Shown here piece after piece: positions 1 to 13,554 of a stretch of DNA of 64,000 nucleotides. The stretch is from Bugula neritina. Its lineage: Eukaryota > Animalia > Bryozoa. Under the pieces are notes generated by a model. That model was not told where the DNA came from and searched no databases. It saw only the letters and a program-made list of their open reading frames with translations. The DNA lies in assembly GCA_964035545.1 (NCBI GenBank), contig OZ037772.1, positions 5,088,233-5,152,232 on the forward strand, read 5' to 3'. The translations under genes and the position numbers were made by a program. Numbering within the stretch: the first letter of the stretch is position 1; each line of letters starts with the position of its first letter.

Positions 1-203
1 TAGTAATTACCAGGAATCCTAGTGATTACGTCCGAGCTCGTTGCGCGCAATGAACTCAATAATATCCAATATCATTCTAGTTCAGTAGCTGCTAACTATA
101 AATATGATTACGATATGACTCCGATGTCATTTCGGGTTGTAATTTTGGCTACTCTTTATTGATTAACGGAAGTTGACTGTGAATTGGTTTCACTTTAAAA
201 GAA

Positions 204-3200
204 ATGGAGGACTTAAAGAAGTTGGCTGGAGGTGCCTCTGCCCTTTTTAACCGCGCTGTACAGGTAAGACAGTATGCCGTTCAACTTTAAATTTACATTC
301 AAAATTCTGTAAAATTCATTGCGTTGAAAATAAGCTTTTAGTGTGTTGAGCTAAAGAAAATGCCTGCTGAAATTGAATCAGGCAATGTGAAACGGAATGT
401 AAAAGTAAAACTAAAAGTAAATCAAAATGAGAAGTAAGTCAACTGTGAAGTTTGACTCATACTGTTGCAGTTAAAATAAGATAAACATAATTTTATCAAA
501 TTTAATAATAATTTGAAACTAAGATAACTAATTTATATGAGTTTTCATACTAATAATTCATTATACTGCTAGTAGTAATACTAATACTAAGTCCAATAGT
601 AATAGTAATAGTAATAATCATAATGATAATACTAATACTAATAGCAATTATTGAATTAAGCTTAAACTTAAAGCATTGAATTTGATTATAAAATAGTAAA
701 TTTATTTCTAGAAACTGATAGTGATCATCAGAATCTGTAATGCTAAGAGTAGGTGCATTGTACATTTTTTTCAATTTTAAATTGCTGTAGTCTGTGGAGT
801 GTAGAGTGTAGGTAGATCGTCACAGTTAGTGTTACCATTATGATTAACTTAATTATTGTGATTATCTATTAGTGATTGGGATAATCATAATGACAGTCTT
901 AACTTGCCGTATGTAATAAAATAAATTAACACCGAATAATAGTATCATTGTACATGTAATATTTGTAATGAACAGAATCATCATGACTATCACAGTTATC
1001 ACTTAGAGTGCTATTATCATTATGATTGTTACTATTAGTATTAGCAGTATAATGAATTATTAGTGTGAAAACTCATATAAATTAGTTATCTAAGTTTCAA
1101 ATTATTATATTAGTTATTTAGTAATTAGGTTGTAGTTGCTGCGATAACCCATAAAGATAATGTAAATCAAAATGTAAGCCTGTGGGCTATGGGTAATGTA
1201 GCATTTCAGAAACTTTTGAGATGAAGTTTACTCCTGATGTATTCACTTTATTATTTGAAACACCAACAGCTGTACATCACCAGTAAACTTCTCTCAAAAG
1301 TCTCTGAAATGCTACAGGCAATTTAATAATAAAAACTGTTATTTATTCTCAAAATTCATTTGGATTGATCTGTATATCAAAGTGATAATTTTATTCTGGC
1401 TTCACTAAGCTTTTCTAAATTAAGCTTAAGACTTGAAACTAGTTTAACTTATATTGTTAACTGCTGACTGCTGGTAAGGAAGTTTACTCCAAATGTAGTG
1501 TTCCGATTGAATTTATTTCAAAATTATTAAAATACTATCACTGTGACTGGTTAAGGGCAATTTTGTCATTGTAATACTAGGTATTGCTTTTTTGTAGGAT
1601 TCTCAGTTATACTAATCAATTTGAATTCAATTTTTCTGCATTGACCATTTTTATTCTTTAGTTAGTAAGTTTGTCAACTTCAATTATCTTAGATATCAGC
1701 TTGTTGCTGTTTACAACAGATAGCTGTACCAGTTGTGAGGACAACTTCAAATCAACATAATCATTCTGTTCCAAGTGACACTATTTTATATGTCACAGTC
1801 TGTACTGCTGATCTGCTAAAGAGTGGATTTGTTTAATAGTAACAATTTAATAATCTATGTATAGTCATTATGATTTCAGTTACTCTCTCAATCCGTAAGT
1901 TTATCTGTTTGGTAATGATGATAGGCAAGCTGTCAGTACTTGTTTAGTAATGACTGGTGCAGGCTGGCAGTAATACTAGTATTCTTAATTTTATTTGCCT
2001 TCACTCTGATAAATTAGTTTGTCCCAAGTTGAATTTATTAGGAGTAGTTTATATAATCCTATTCCTTTAGAGCTCCAGGGCTAAAGTTTTGAGTTTGCTT
2101 ATTTTGATGCTCAAGCCTCGCTCAGCATGTGAGCTTCTAGAGTACTGTTAGAGTAAATATAACTGTTTTCAACTATGTCAAGGTTATACACACCCTGTAA
2201 TTACTCTTGCATCTAGCCTGTGAACTGGAATCCAGAAGTATCACCTCCAAATAGTGTAAGATGTAGATCTTTGAGACAGTGCTCTAGGTTTAGTTGTGGT
2301 ATGATAACTTAGCTAACCGTTAGACTTACTTTTCACAGTACACCGGAGAAAAGCTAGGCACGGCAGAGCACACGGATCTAGATGCTCATTTCGAACAGCT
2401 TTTACAAAGAGCTGACAAGACTAAAGCTCAGACTGAAGTTCTACTCAAATGTACGGAGACTGTGCTCCACCCAGATCCCAGTAAGTATAGCGGCTTTTGC
2501 TATGGATATAGCTGCAGTTTGACTTGGCTATGGGTACTAACTATACAGTGCCTACTAGTAATAGTTACTACTAGTAATAGTTACTACTAGTAATAGTTAC
2601 TGCTAGTATTAGTTACTACTAGTAATAGTTACTACTAGTAATAGTTACTACTAGTAATAGTTACTACTAGTAATAGTTACTACTAGTAATAGTTACTACT
2701 AGTAATAGTTACTACTAGTAATAGTTATTGCTAGTATTAGTTACTATTTGTAATAGCTACTGCTAGTATTAGTTACTACTTGTGATAGTTACTACTAGTA
2801 TTGGTTACTGCTTGTGATAGTTACTACTAGTATTAGTTACTACTAGTATTAAATTTACTGCTAGTAAATGGTACTGCTAGTAGTAGTAGTACTACTACTA
2901 CTAGTAGTGACTATTACTAGTAGTAGGCTACTGACTACTAGTAATAGGTACTGCTAGTAATAAGTACTGTTAGTGATAGTAACTACTAGTAATAGTGTGA
3001 GTTGATACTACTAGTAACTTGTATTTGAGTGAGCAGTTATATTTTGACAAAGTGACTGTAGTAATACTAGTATGAGTTGTTTCACTAGCATGGAAGGCTG
3101 TAGCATAGACATTGGTTATTGTAGCAATGCTCATAGTTGCAGTAGTGGTAGCAGAACAACTGCTAATAGCAGTACCAATACCTATAAGTACTATATAATT

Positions 3201-6200
3201 AGTATCAGCCACTGTTACTACTAGCTTTGTAGAAGCAGTAGTGGATATGGGGTTTTAATTCACTTAATTGTAGTTGGTTCCAATTTAGAAATATGAACTA
3301 ATAACTGGAGAAGTATTGAATATAAACTGAGCTGATGTCACTTGTCGCACCCTACTTCACTTCATAGACTCCCCCCCCCTCTCTGATATGCAGTTATATC
3401 TTTAATATTCTAAGAACTCAGGCTTCCCATTAGGCCACTCAACTATTAAAATCAATATAATTGTCCATCAAATGACTTCAACAATGATAGCTGTAAGACT
3501 TTACCATTAAATATCCTTCTACCCTGCCAAGATTAAGGCAATATTAGATTAAGGTTATCTTGTGAGTTTGGGTCAAAGTCCTCCCTGCAGAGTGTATATA
3601 AACCAGTGTTGGTCCTGAGGCTAGTAATACAATGTTTGCTTTATCCAGTATTGTCTATGAATATTTATATATCTTATGCATGTAAGGTATGCATACTAAA
3701 ATGCAGTTGTATAGGAAGTATGGCTACTTTTATTGCATTGTGGGAAATATTGTGAATTTATCTAGATATTATTTTCATATGATATACTGAGCTACTAACT
3801 ACTGAGCTACTAACTACTAGTTACTAACTGTTAACTACTAGATACTGAGCTACTAACTACTGGCTACTAGCTACTAGCAATATGACTCAGACTGAGTTTC
3901 CCTTACAGCTGCCAGAGCCGAGGACTATCTCTACGACAAGTTGGAGAGAACCGGCCTGGAGAAGAAGCGACAGAGACTCTCCAACCTGACTCAACTAGGA
4001 GGGACTATGCTGGAAGCCAGTGCTGCGTATGGCCCGGGTTCTTCTTACGGTATGTCTTGTTTACGGTTGGTGTTTGCACCGTCTTAGTTTTATGCTGATT
4101 CTCTGTTTATGAACTGGGGCTAAGTTGTGCGAGGGATTATTTGAATATCGTTAGAAGCAGCACCGAGTTGGGGTTACTGAGTACAGTATTTGTATACACT
4201 GCGTTGGCGAAACTCGAGATCCCCAACCAAATTACTCAGTGACCGTGGACTCGGTGCTACTTCTAGCAACTTTCAAATTGTAGAAGCACCAAGTAGGTTT
4301 CTAATTCTACACCCTCTACACTTTATGCTATCAGCAAGTTGAATGAATGTCAGATATCAAAAGTGTCTTCAGTGTTATTTCTAAGCTTGTAACTTAGGAA
4401 AGAGACTATTCTTATTCATAGACTGTGTTCTACAGGCTGCGACTCTGCTATAATGCGGTCTGAGGAACTTTTGCTAAGTATGTCTCACAACAGCACCCTG
4501 TGTACTCGTAATTTCTAGAACTTTCCTCATCATGTTGTTGTGGAAGTGTGTGATTCATCGTCGTGTTGTCTATAGTGTTAATGCTAGTCTGGTTCACTTA
4601 TACTTTCAACTCATCTGTTTAGTCTTTCTGTTCTTTGCACTCATAATATTTCACAATAAAACTCAACTTTTCAGCCATTTTGACTGTCAATGCTGGGGTT
4701 TCGTTGCAAATTTCTTTAATTTCATTATTAATTCAAGTTGAAAGTCTCCAAGCTGAGAATTCAAGATATTCATATTAATTATTAGTTAGTTTCTATAGAA
4801 GATGATTTGAGTTGAAGTGATCACTGTGACTAGTAGTCATAACTGTGCTTTAGTACTTGGCTAGTTGCTACGTGTATCTTGTGACTTTCTTAGCCTCAGT
4901 ATCCTATCTGATGAGTTGTGAATCTCTCTTCCCTCAGGCAATGTCCTTCTCAAGGTCGGTCAAACTGAGCAGAAACTCGGAGATTGTGAGAAGACTTTCG
5001 TGTCGACAGCCACGACTGAGTACCTGCAGCCCCTGAAGGCCTTCCTCGACACCGACATGAAGAACATAACGGTTAGTATGTCACTTCCTGTCTGCCATTT
5101 CCTGTCAGCCATTTCATTCTGTCATTTCTTGTTGGCCATTATTTCGACACCCAGTTGTCTTATTTCACGAAGAGATAAAGTTTTACCTGTAAGACGAGGT
5201 AGGTGCAGTAATAGAGAGATTGAGAAAAGCCTGTGTTCTAAATTAAAAATGTGACAAAAGAATTTATGTCCTCATGAAAATTTTAACCTGCGCCCCAAAC
5301 CAAAATTTAATAATAAAATTAAAGAGCTTAGGCTATCTCAAGTCCTCTACCGCTGCTCCTAAGACATGCATATGGCTGGGCCCTTTTCACTTCCCCTTGT
5401 TTTGTTGCTAACTGTCAGGGACCACAGTTTATAACAGGAGATATTGTCCACTATGAACAGCCATTCCAGTTGTTTTGGTAGTTCATTGGCCAATTTCCAG
5501 TTTTTCTTACATGCCATGTTTTGTTTGGTGTTATTAGATAGTATAAGAAATTGAGAGAGAGAAATACAATAGTTTAATGTTAATGTGTTCTCCCAACAGA
5601 CATGCAAATTGTTTCTCTATTCATATTTAATGAGCAAACTTATAAATATATATATAAGCCTATCATGAGATGGTGGGGTGAATCTTTAACTGTCTATAAC
5701 TGCTCAGCATCATGTGACCTTATAGTGACCTTCACCTGTGCTATCTATTGGCCACCTTCTCATCCAGCAGTGTGTCTGTTAGCACCTTCACCCACCTGCT
5801 CTGTCATCTCACAGATATTTGTCTTCTGATTTAATGAGTCATGTGTGAAACTATTTGCTGGTAGAGAGAGTTATATTCAATATGATTTGCATGGAGAAAA
5901 CCCATCTAGAACATTGGATATGGCATAACTAATAGTGTACTCACAGTATAACTAATATTATACTCACAGTATAACTAATAGTGTACTCACAGTATAACTA
6001 ATAGTATACTCACAGTATTACTAATATTATACTCACAGTATAACTAATAGTATACTCACAGTATAACTAATAGTATACTCACAGTATAAGTAATGAACTA
6101 ATATGATGATGACATCATCAGGGTGTTATGACATCACAAGACCCTCCAGTTAGCTTTCTCCCATTGAAGCATGTGCCCAACATGTTCATCTAATATATTG

Positions 6201-9200
6201 CGTTGTGTTGTGGTTTACAGAAAGAGAGGAGAACTCTGGAGGTCAAGAGGTTAGATCTAGATGCTGCCAAGAGCAAGCTGAAGAGAGCAAAGTCAGAGAA
6301 GGGAAAGTCAGATGTGAGTTTATCAATTTGAGAATGTAAATGCAGGAAACTGTCTATTCACTCTTTGAGAAAATTGTAAAGCATTTTGAAGTAAATAGAC
6401 CAAATTTTAGAGTTATCTACTCTAAAATAAGTTCTAATCTAGTCCTGTTTTCCTAGTTGTTGTGAAAATTAGATTTATTACTCCTATTTTTATAACAATC
6501 ATCACCATGGATTAACTTTGAGTAACAACACTTGTGATTGGTTGATTTTAGAGTAAGATGAAGCCAACCCAAATTGAGGTAGACCAGCTCCATGCCTATT
6601 GTACATCAGTTTTGTGATAACCCCATAGTAGTTCCCTTTCATTCAATATCTGATAAATTGACATTTTAAATTAAATAGATCAGTATGTTTGCTTCTTGCA
6701 CATTATTTGACGGAAGATTTGAATGGCAAGATGTTTGAAAGGGAGTTGCACATTGGACAGTGTTTGTTTAGGTTACTGTAGCTTATGGAGAGATATAATT
6801 TCGTGTGTATTAACACCATGTTGTGTGTAGGGCACAGTATCAGTTGCTTGTATAGTGGAGAAAGTCTGCTAGACTTGTATGTGTAGATTTGTAGATGAGT
6901 TTAGGCTGTGTCTCTTGTCATGTAATATGTTGAACTGCGGGCTTACTCTAGGCCGCAGAGCTGTCCAACAGGAGGCCCTAGTGCCGGATGCAGCCCTCAG
7001 CCTACATTTATGTGGCCCTAAGAGGCATAAAATATAAACTTTTGCACACATACAACTTAGAGTGGAAAAACATTTTTAAAATGTCTCATTTATATATAAG
7101 CTAAAACATATCTAGTATCTATTGGGACTTCATTATGTAATGAGTCATAGGAATTCGAAGAGAAGTCACTTGAAAACACTGATGCAGCCAACTAAAGTTA
7201 AAGTTTACAATGTGGCCCTTACCATAAAATATTTTATCTCTGTGGCCCTCGATCTGAAAAGGTTGAACACCCCTACCTTTCTGTTGATATGCATTTGAGT
7301 CTAGGCTGTAATAGATTGTTGAGTTTTCAAAGTTGATTAGACCAAGGGGGTCCAGCTTTTTCAGAGCGTCGGCCACTGAAATGCGACATTCAATGGCTAG
7401 GGCCACTATAGTTAAGCTTGAGTCTGGGGGCCACAGCACAGCACAGTTTTTTTAAAATAACCTTATTCCAAAACTTTCTGAACCATTACATAATAGAGTT
7501 CCAATAGATTCTGCAGGCTGCATGTTTTTATAGTTTACATAAATAAGACATTTGAAAGGTGGTTTTCACTCTGATTGATAAATGTGTGTAAAAAGTAATT
7601 GTATTTCTTATGCCTTTGAGGGTCACAGAGAGGTAGGCCCTGGGGTCGGGCCGCCTGTTGGACAGCCCTGGTTTAAACACTCAAACGTCATGACTCATGA
7701 GTAGTTCACCAATCTTCTACCAATTTAGTGTGACTCATTTAGGTGACTCACTCATTCACGTGAGTGTGACTCATTTAAGTGACTCACTCATTCATGTGAG
7801 TGTTACTCATTTGTGACTCACTCATTCATGTGAGTGTGACTCATTTAAGTGACTCACTCATTCATGTGAGTGTGACTCATTCAAGTGACTCACTCATTTA
7901 TGTGAGTGTGACTCATTTAGGTGACTCACTCATTCATGTGAGTGTGACTCATTCAAGTGACTCACTCATTTATGTGAGTGTGACTCATTTAAGTGACTCA
8001 CTCATTCATGTGAGTGTTACTCATTTAAGTGATTCACTCATTCATGTGTGACTCATTTAAGTGACTGACTCATTCATGTGAGTGTGACTCATTCAAGTGC
8101 CTCACTCATTTATGTGAGTGTGACTCATTTAAGTGACTCACTCATTCATGTGAGTGTTACTCATTTAAGTGACTCACTCATTCAAGTGGCTCACTCATTC
8201 ATGTGAGTGTGACTCATTTAAGTGACTCACTCATTCATGTGAGTGTGACTCATTTAAGTGACTGACTCATTCATGTGAGTGTGACTCATTCAAGTGCCTC
8301 ACTCATTTATGTGAGTGTGACTCATTTAAGTGACTCACTCATTCATGTGAGTGTTACTCATTTAGGTGACTCACTCATTCAAGTGGCTCACTCATTTATG
8401 TGAGTGTGACTCATTTAAGTGACTGACTCATTCATGTGGGGTGACTCATTTAAGTGACTCACTCATTCATATGAGTGTGACTCATTCAAGTGATTCACTC
8501 ATTCATGTGAGTGTGACTGGAAAGGGCTTTCAAAGTTATCAAGATGATTTCACCTTTTATTTAGTCTAAAGTTACTAAGTGCACAAATAGCTTTTATAAA
8601 TTTAATTTTTACTTTTTGCCTCTCCTTTTTCCTCTGGCAAATATGGCTACTTGATAACTAAAACTTGTTGATATAGGATACCAATAATGATATATGTTTG
8701 TGTAAAGTTGAGATAGAAGCTACTGTTCCTTTATTTATTAGTTTTGGTTTAGTCCCGATGTGTGTATCTTGGTTTAAAAGAAAGCTATTTGAATCTATTT
8801 AAGAGCGTTTCATCTAATTTAGAGATCTACTCCAAAGTTATTCAGAGTGGGGATAACTAGTATTTTTAACTTGTTTTCCAGTTGACAAGCATGTGTGGCA
8901 TTGCATATTGTTTCTGTTGTTGTTTGCAGGAGATGATTGTAAAGGTTTGTTGGGATATTGTGAATTCTTCCATCACTTATATGTTGTGTATGATTTATCA
9001 TTTGTTTCTTCATATAATTTGCTAGCTCATCAGTTTCTCTATATTGTTGGTGCGGCTTCTTGCTATATGTTGTGTCATGGTAAGGACGTCTGTGGTGCAT
9101 GTAGCCAGTGGTGGATGTCGGTGTAGAGGAAGGGGTATGGGGGTGTAGAAAAGGGGATGTAGTGGAAGGGGTGTAGATGGTGTAAAGGAGGGGTTGTGAT

Positions 9201-12200
9201 TCTAGTGGAAGAAGGGGTGAGTGATGTAGAAAAAGGGGTGTAGAGGAAGGTGTGTGATGGTTGTAGAGAAGGGGGTGTAGTGAATAGGGGGAAGGTATAG
9301 TTTTCACCTATTTGAGTTAACGATGCTAACTCAACAAGTTTTGTTGATTGGAACAGTTAGACTTGTGTTGCCATTATTTGCAGCTTCATAGCCTTAGAAC
9401 TTAAGCAGCTTCTTTATTTCTACTTTTATTAGTTTGGGCTTATGCACCTCTGGCCTCACTTTACAGCTCTGTCTAGACTCAGTGGGTTCGTTGGTTTAAC
9501 TTCTGACCATTTTGCATGAGAGCACAACTCTAGATAGTTTTATCTTCTCTCATGTCCCTATGGTTCGGTCTGGGAATCGTTCTTACAGTCTCATAGCTAA
9601 GTGCTCTAATTAAAGTGCTACTTTCAGAGTTGTCTTCTCCTTCATACCAGAGAATATATTTATTGATTTGTAATTGCAGGCGGAGTCTGAGTTGAGGCAC
9701 GCCCAATCAGAGTTTGACAGGCAGGCTGAGACCACTAAGCTGCTTCTAGAAGGTGAATACAATACTTGACATAGCAATTTACTCTTCAAGTAGCAGTTAT
9801 CTTTTCTTTTTATTGGGTCTATGGGTATAACCATGTGGCAATGTCAGTAACTCACGCTCAAGCAAGTTTATAGCCACTATCCCTGTGAGAACCTCTTATA
9901 GAAGGGTTTTTAAATTTGGCTTAGAACTTATTCAGATGGGGCACAGGAGCAATTATGACTGGATGCTCTTCCTAACATCACCAATAGCCTTTGTCTAGGG
10001 CTAGAATCTGTAACGTCGTGTTTACTAGGCAAAAGCTCTATCCACAGTTGCTCCTCATGTAGCAATTTCAACACTTAGTTCATTTAAGTTGAAAATATGA
10101 TCATGATTTTGATTCCGTGATAAATAACAATTTGAGTTGAAATAATTTTGTAATAAAACTATATTTAGAATTGTATCTATTTTTCCAAGTGTGCATATTT
10201 CAATGTCACTTATCCCTAAGTAGTTGTCTTTCCTCCAAATTGTCACATGCAGCGGTTATCTTCTATAAACACCCATGTGCTAGTCATCTCGCTGGTCAGA
10301 TATAGTTTACCAAATTCTCCTCGTTTCAGGAGTGAACAAATCCCACGAGTATCACACGAAATGTCTGAACAGCTTTGTGGAGGCTCAGGCTAATTACTAC
10401 GCCAGCTGTCACCAGTATATGCAGGACTTACAGCGACAGCTCGGCAGGTGAATACACTACTCGGGCTATACATACCCCTCCCTCACTGTGTGATGAGTTT
10501 CTAAGGCTATACATGCTCTGTACTCTGGTTACTCACACTATACCCTCCTTCATCACACTCTGTTTAATCATGCAGGCTATACATTGTAGTTGGGCAGCTA
10601 GATTTAATGCGATGATTTGTGTCTGTCTGTATGTCCGCTACCTATGTTCTGTCTTCACCTCACCAACTGCTACGTACTGGTGCTTGTAGTGCAGGGGTGT
10701 TCAACCTTTTGAGATCGAGGGCCACTGAAAGGGAATATTTCATGGCGAGGGCCACATTGTAAACTTTAACTTCTCCTGGGGGGTCACAGCGTCGGGCATT
10801 TTTCAAACTACTTTATTCTAATTTTTTATGAATCGTTACACAATAAAGTCCCAATAGTTACTGCAGGCTGCATGTTTTGTAACATGTGTATGAAAAATAA
10901 TTTTCGTGTTATGCCATTGAGGGCGGCATAGATGTTGGCTGGGACCACATCGAGCCCTGGGGCCAACTGTTGGACAGCCCTGCTCTAGTACAACTTATAG
11001 TGCTTGACTCTTTCAATATCAGCACATGCTATGGGTATTGGAATCATATTTTAGGGCTATATGTCCCAGACTATCTTCAGATAATATCCACTATTCTCTC
11101 TTCCGCTGTGCTGTGTCTAGATTCTAGTTATTCATCTCCTTAGCTTTATTCTTCTACTTAGCCTGTGATTACTGCTTTGTACGGGAGGCTATAAGTGACC
11201 CCTTCTCTCCCTCCTTACTCCCCTTCTCATAATCATGAACATGTGGTGGTATTTACACTTTATCTGTTATCTCTGCGATGGCCTTCAGGGATTGAGTCAT
11301 TATATTTATATTGACAGCACGCCCACTACTACTCCTAGCTTGAGGTCACATGACCTACATTATTCTCCCACTGCACCAATCAATCGATCGGCCAATGACA
11401 GCAAAGGAAAAGCTAAAGTGCTGTATGACTATTTTGCTACTGATGAAACTGAGTTATCCCTGATTGCAGATGAGGTAAATTATGGAGCGGGTGACTGCCC
11501 CTCCCCCTAACCCCTGCTCACTTAACTCTCAGGCTAACCCGTAGCTTCACTCACTCCGCTCTTAGTTTAACCTCATTTCCTGCACCAACTGACCCACTGT
11601 GAGCACTCGTTAGCAGCACGTGACTCTAGCAAAGGGATTCAAACCCCCGGATTCTCTCCTTCTAAGATGCTGTTTTTTCATTTCTGTGTAGCTTTAGTTC
11701 CATGCCTTTAACTTCTTGTAGTAACAATGCTAAAATAGTTGGTGGAGGTGCGTCGGGCTTCTCACAACCTGCTGGGTCCACCGCAATGTACGCAGCTGGC
11801 TCCGCCTACCTCAACAACTCCTACGACCACAAGGTGCCCGGTAAGGGGGGCTTCGCGTCCCTCTGCAATGAGCCCGTCACTCAGAGAGCCAAAGTGCTGT
11901 ATGATTATGAGGCTAATTCCGCAGGAGAGCTCAGTCTAACAGCTGACGAGGTGATTCAGTAGGGAGACAACTCCATGTGTTCAGAGAGTGTCTTTTGTTA
12001 TTAGATACCTGCACTACCATTGCTTATGGTTGTGGTTTCATTCCACCTGTTCCCAAATGTTGAATGCAAAATTCATTTGCATAATGTAAGCACTGCAAAT
12101 GCAGTGATTGTAATAGCAGTAGTGCTATAGCAGTGCTATAGTAGTGCTATAGTAGTGCTAGTAGTAGTGCTATTAGTAGTGCTAGTAGTAGTGCTAGTAG

Positions 12201-12604
12201 TAGTGCTATAGCAGTGCTAGTAGTAGTGTCATAGTAGTGCTAGTAGTAGTGCTATAGTGGTAGTGGTGGTGGTAGTGGTGGTGGTAGTAGTGGTGGTAGT
12301 AGTGGTTATACTGAATGTATTATATCTGTAGCATACGATTTTAGAGGCTTGTAAACTCTGGTAGCTTGAAATCTGGAGACATTGAAATTAATGAAACGTC
12401 AATTTTCAAGTTTATGTTGTGTTATATGTTATATTGAAGAGACTGAATTCCTAGTGTATAACATACTCACATCAACATGTGTTTCTTCATATCCTGTAGA
12501 TTATAACCGTGTGGACTAGCGACTCTTCTGATTGGATGATGGCTGAGAGAGCGGGTCAAAAAGGTCGTGTGCCGATGTCATATATAGAGATTATCCGTAT
12601 ATAA
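204..12604 (+). CDS. SH3GLB1: Endophilin-B (N-BAR + SH3), multi-exon gene; ~340 aa (exon 8a) or ~374 aa (exon 8b)
   Basis: GT-AG exons in consistent phase: 204-263 (MEDLKKLAGGASALFNRAVQ), 2339-2480 (YTGEKLGTAEHTDLDAHFEQLL...), 3909-4049, 4938-5071, 6221-6313 (KERRTLEVKRLDLDAAKSKLK), 9680-9752 (AESELRHAQSEFDRQAETTKLLLE), 10330-10447, then 11318-11474 or 11692-11950, then 12500-12604 (IITVWTSDSSDWMMAERAGQKGRVPMSYIEIIRI*). The motifs match recalled endophilin-B1/B2 sequence; the symbol indicates the family ortholog. Confidence 0.93.
1197..1316. mobile_element. Short inverted-repeat (MITE-like) element in intron 1
   Basis: tgtagcatttcagaaacttttgagatgaagttta ... taaacttctctcaaaagtctctgaaatgctaca, ~34-bp imperfect TIRs. 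Confidence 0.45.
2553..2970. repeat. 15-bp minisatellite (ACTACTAGTAATAGTT-type) decaying into TAG/CTA low complexity
   Basis: Direct tandem copies visible in sequence. Confidence 0.9.
4152..4265. mobile_element. Small palindromic MITE-like element
   Basis: agaagcagcaccgagt ... actcggtgctacttct terminal inverted repeats. Confidence 0.4.
5925..6090. repeat. 24-bp minisatellite (ACTCACAGTATAACTAATAGTAT-type)
   Basis: About 6-7 tandem copies. Confidence 0.85.
6956..7275 (-). mobile_element. hAT-like MITE, copy 1
   Basis: Ends CAGAGCTGTCCAAC... and ...GGTTGAACACCCCT; homologous to 7343-7670 and 10692-10982. Confidence 0.6.
7343..7670 (+). mobile_element. hAT-like MITE, copy 2 (inverted relative to copy 1)
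   Basis: CAAGGGGGTCC ... GTTGGACAGCCCTG; flanks gattagac / gtttaaac resemble a decayed 8-bp TSD. Confidence 0.6.
7725..8520. repeat. 36-bp minisatellite GTGACTCACTCATTCATGTGAGTGTGACTCATTTAA, ~20 copies
   Basis: Tandem array; explains the spurious SDSLIHVSVTHL repeat ORF. Confidence 0.95.
9872..10056 (-). mobile_element. SINE-like dispersed repeat (second copy at 63685-63863)
   Basis: Shared core ggcacaggagcaattatgactRgatgctcttcctaacatcaccaatagc in both copies; degenerate tRNA-like head on the minus strand. Confidence 0.55.
10692..10982 (+). mobile_element. hAT-like MITE, copy 3
   Basis: CAGGGGTGTTCAAC ... GTTGGACAGCCCTG TIRs; right flank ctctagta resembles the Charlie-type target preference. 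Confidence 0.65.
11318..11474 (+). CDS. Endophilin-B alternative exon 8a (linker + SH3 N-half)
   Basis: ttgacag acceptor, phase 2 in and phase 0 out, GAG|gtaaat donor; encodes STPTTTPSLRSHDLHYSPTAPINRSANDSKGKAKVLYDYFATDETELSLIADE. Confidence 0.8.
11692..11950 (+). CDS. Endophilin-B alternative exon 8b (longer linker + SH3 N-half)
   Basis: tgtgtag acceptor, phase 2 in and phase 0 out, GAG|gtgatt donor; ends ...QRAKVLYDYEANSAGELSLTADE. Confidence 0.8.
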
Positions 12605-13028
12605 ATAATAATACAGTTTACTAGAGATGTACTGCAGAATTTATAAACTCTCTCTTCACTATTTTCTAGTCTGTTGAGTAGTAATGCTCAGTTAGTTTTC
12701 TGTATAATATATACTACAACACACAAGTTGCTGCACCTGTATCATGTGGGGAAACCTAGCTCTAATTATTGTTTGTTTTCAGTGAGTGTGTTGCAGATGT
12801 TTTTCGTTTACTTTTGATTTGTAATGTGCAATAGTTTGTTTCTATAGTTACTATTATTTATACACCATAAAGGTGTTCAGTTCACTGTTGGCCATTCCCA
12901 TTACTCGCAGCTATATGCTAAACTATTATGGTACTTTCTTATCAGTTAATGTTTCAGTTTTGTGGGCAAATAAGGCTACACTTTTGATTATTATACTCCA
13001 TAGATATTATGTCTTATTTTTGAAGTAA

Positions 13029-13034
13029 AATAAA
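13029..13034 (+). terminator. Candidate polyadenylation signal of endophilin-B
   Basis: AATAAA ~425 nt after the stop codon, followed by GT/T-rich sequence. Confidence 0.4.
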
Positions 13035-13554
13035 ATTTGTCAATTTAATAAGTTATGGTTTGGTACACAGTTGTAATGTTTGTAACTTACGGTTATCTTG
13101 CTACAGGGATAACTCTCAAATATTTCATTATGTCAACATTGTATACATCAATTGCTGAATCTTCGGAAAGAAAGTCAAAGCCGCTAGAAGTAGTATCCAG
13201 TATTTTTAGAAGTCACACCAATGAATTCTCAACTTGGTCATCTAACATTTGTGTGTCGCCTATCTTTGCAAAACATTCAAAGTAATTTGTGACTAAGTCA
13301 GTTTGAAGTAGAGGATCTTACTCGAGTTTGTTGCTCAGGCAGGCAAATATGATGTGTAAGCAGATAGTCAAGTTTTACATTTTTATTTATGAAGGAAACA
13401 GAAATAATTCCTAGCATATCAGTAACTTATCAACTGTGGCAGTTTTGCAGCTGTAGGAAGGCCTGATTTGCAGAGCTATATGTATATGTAATTCAATGCA
13501 GTTATAGTATTTATTGTAGCATAAAATATAATATGTGTGTGTGTGTATTATATA

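Noticed and set aside
4908-4935. CTGATGAG as another hammerhead core
   Set aside because: No stem II or GAAA follows; it lies just upstream of the exon 4 acceptor.
8819-9307. 162-aa minus-strand ORF
   Set aside because: It derives from low-complexity GT/GA-rich intron sequence with no recognisable domain or splice structure.
9753-10463. Adjacent endophilin introns 6 and 7 start with similar sequence (gtgaatacaatact / gtgaatacactact)
   Set aside because: Only 14 nt and partly donor consensus; could be chance.
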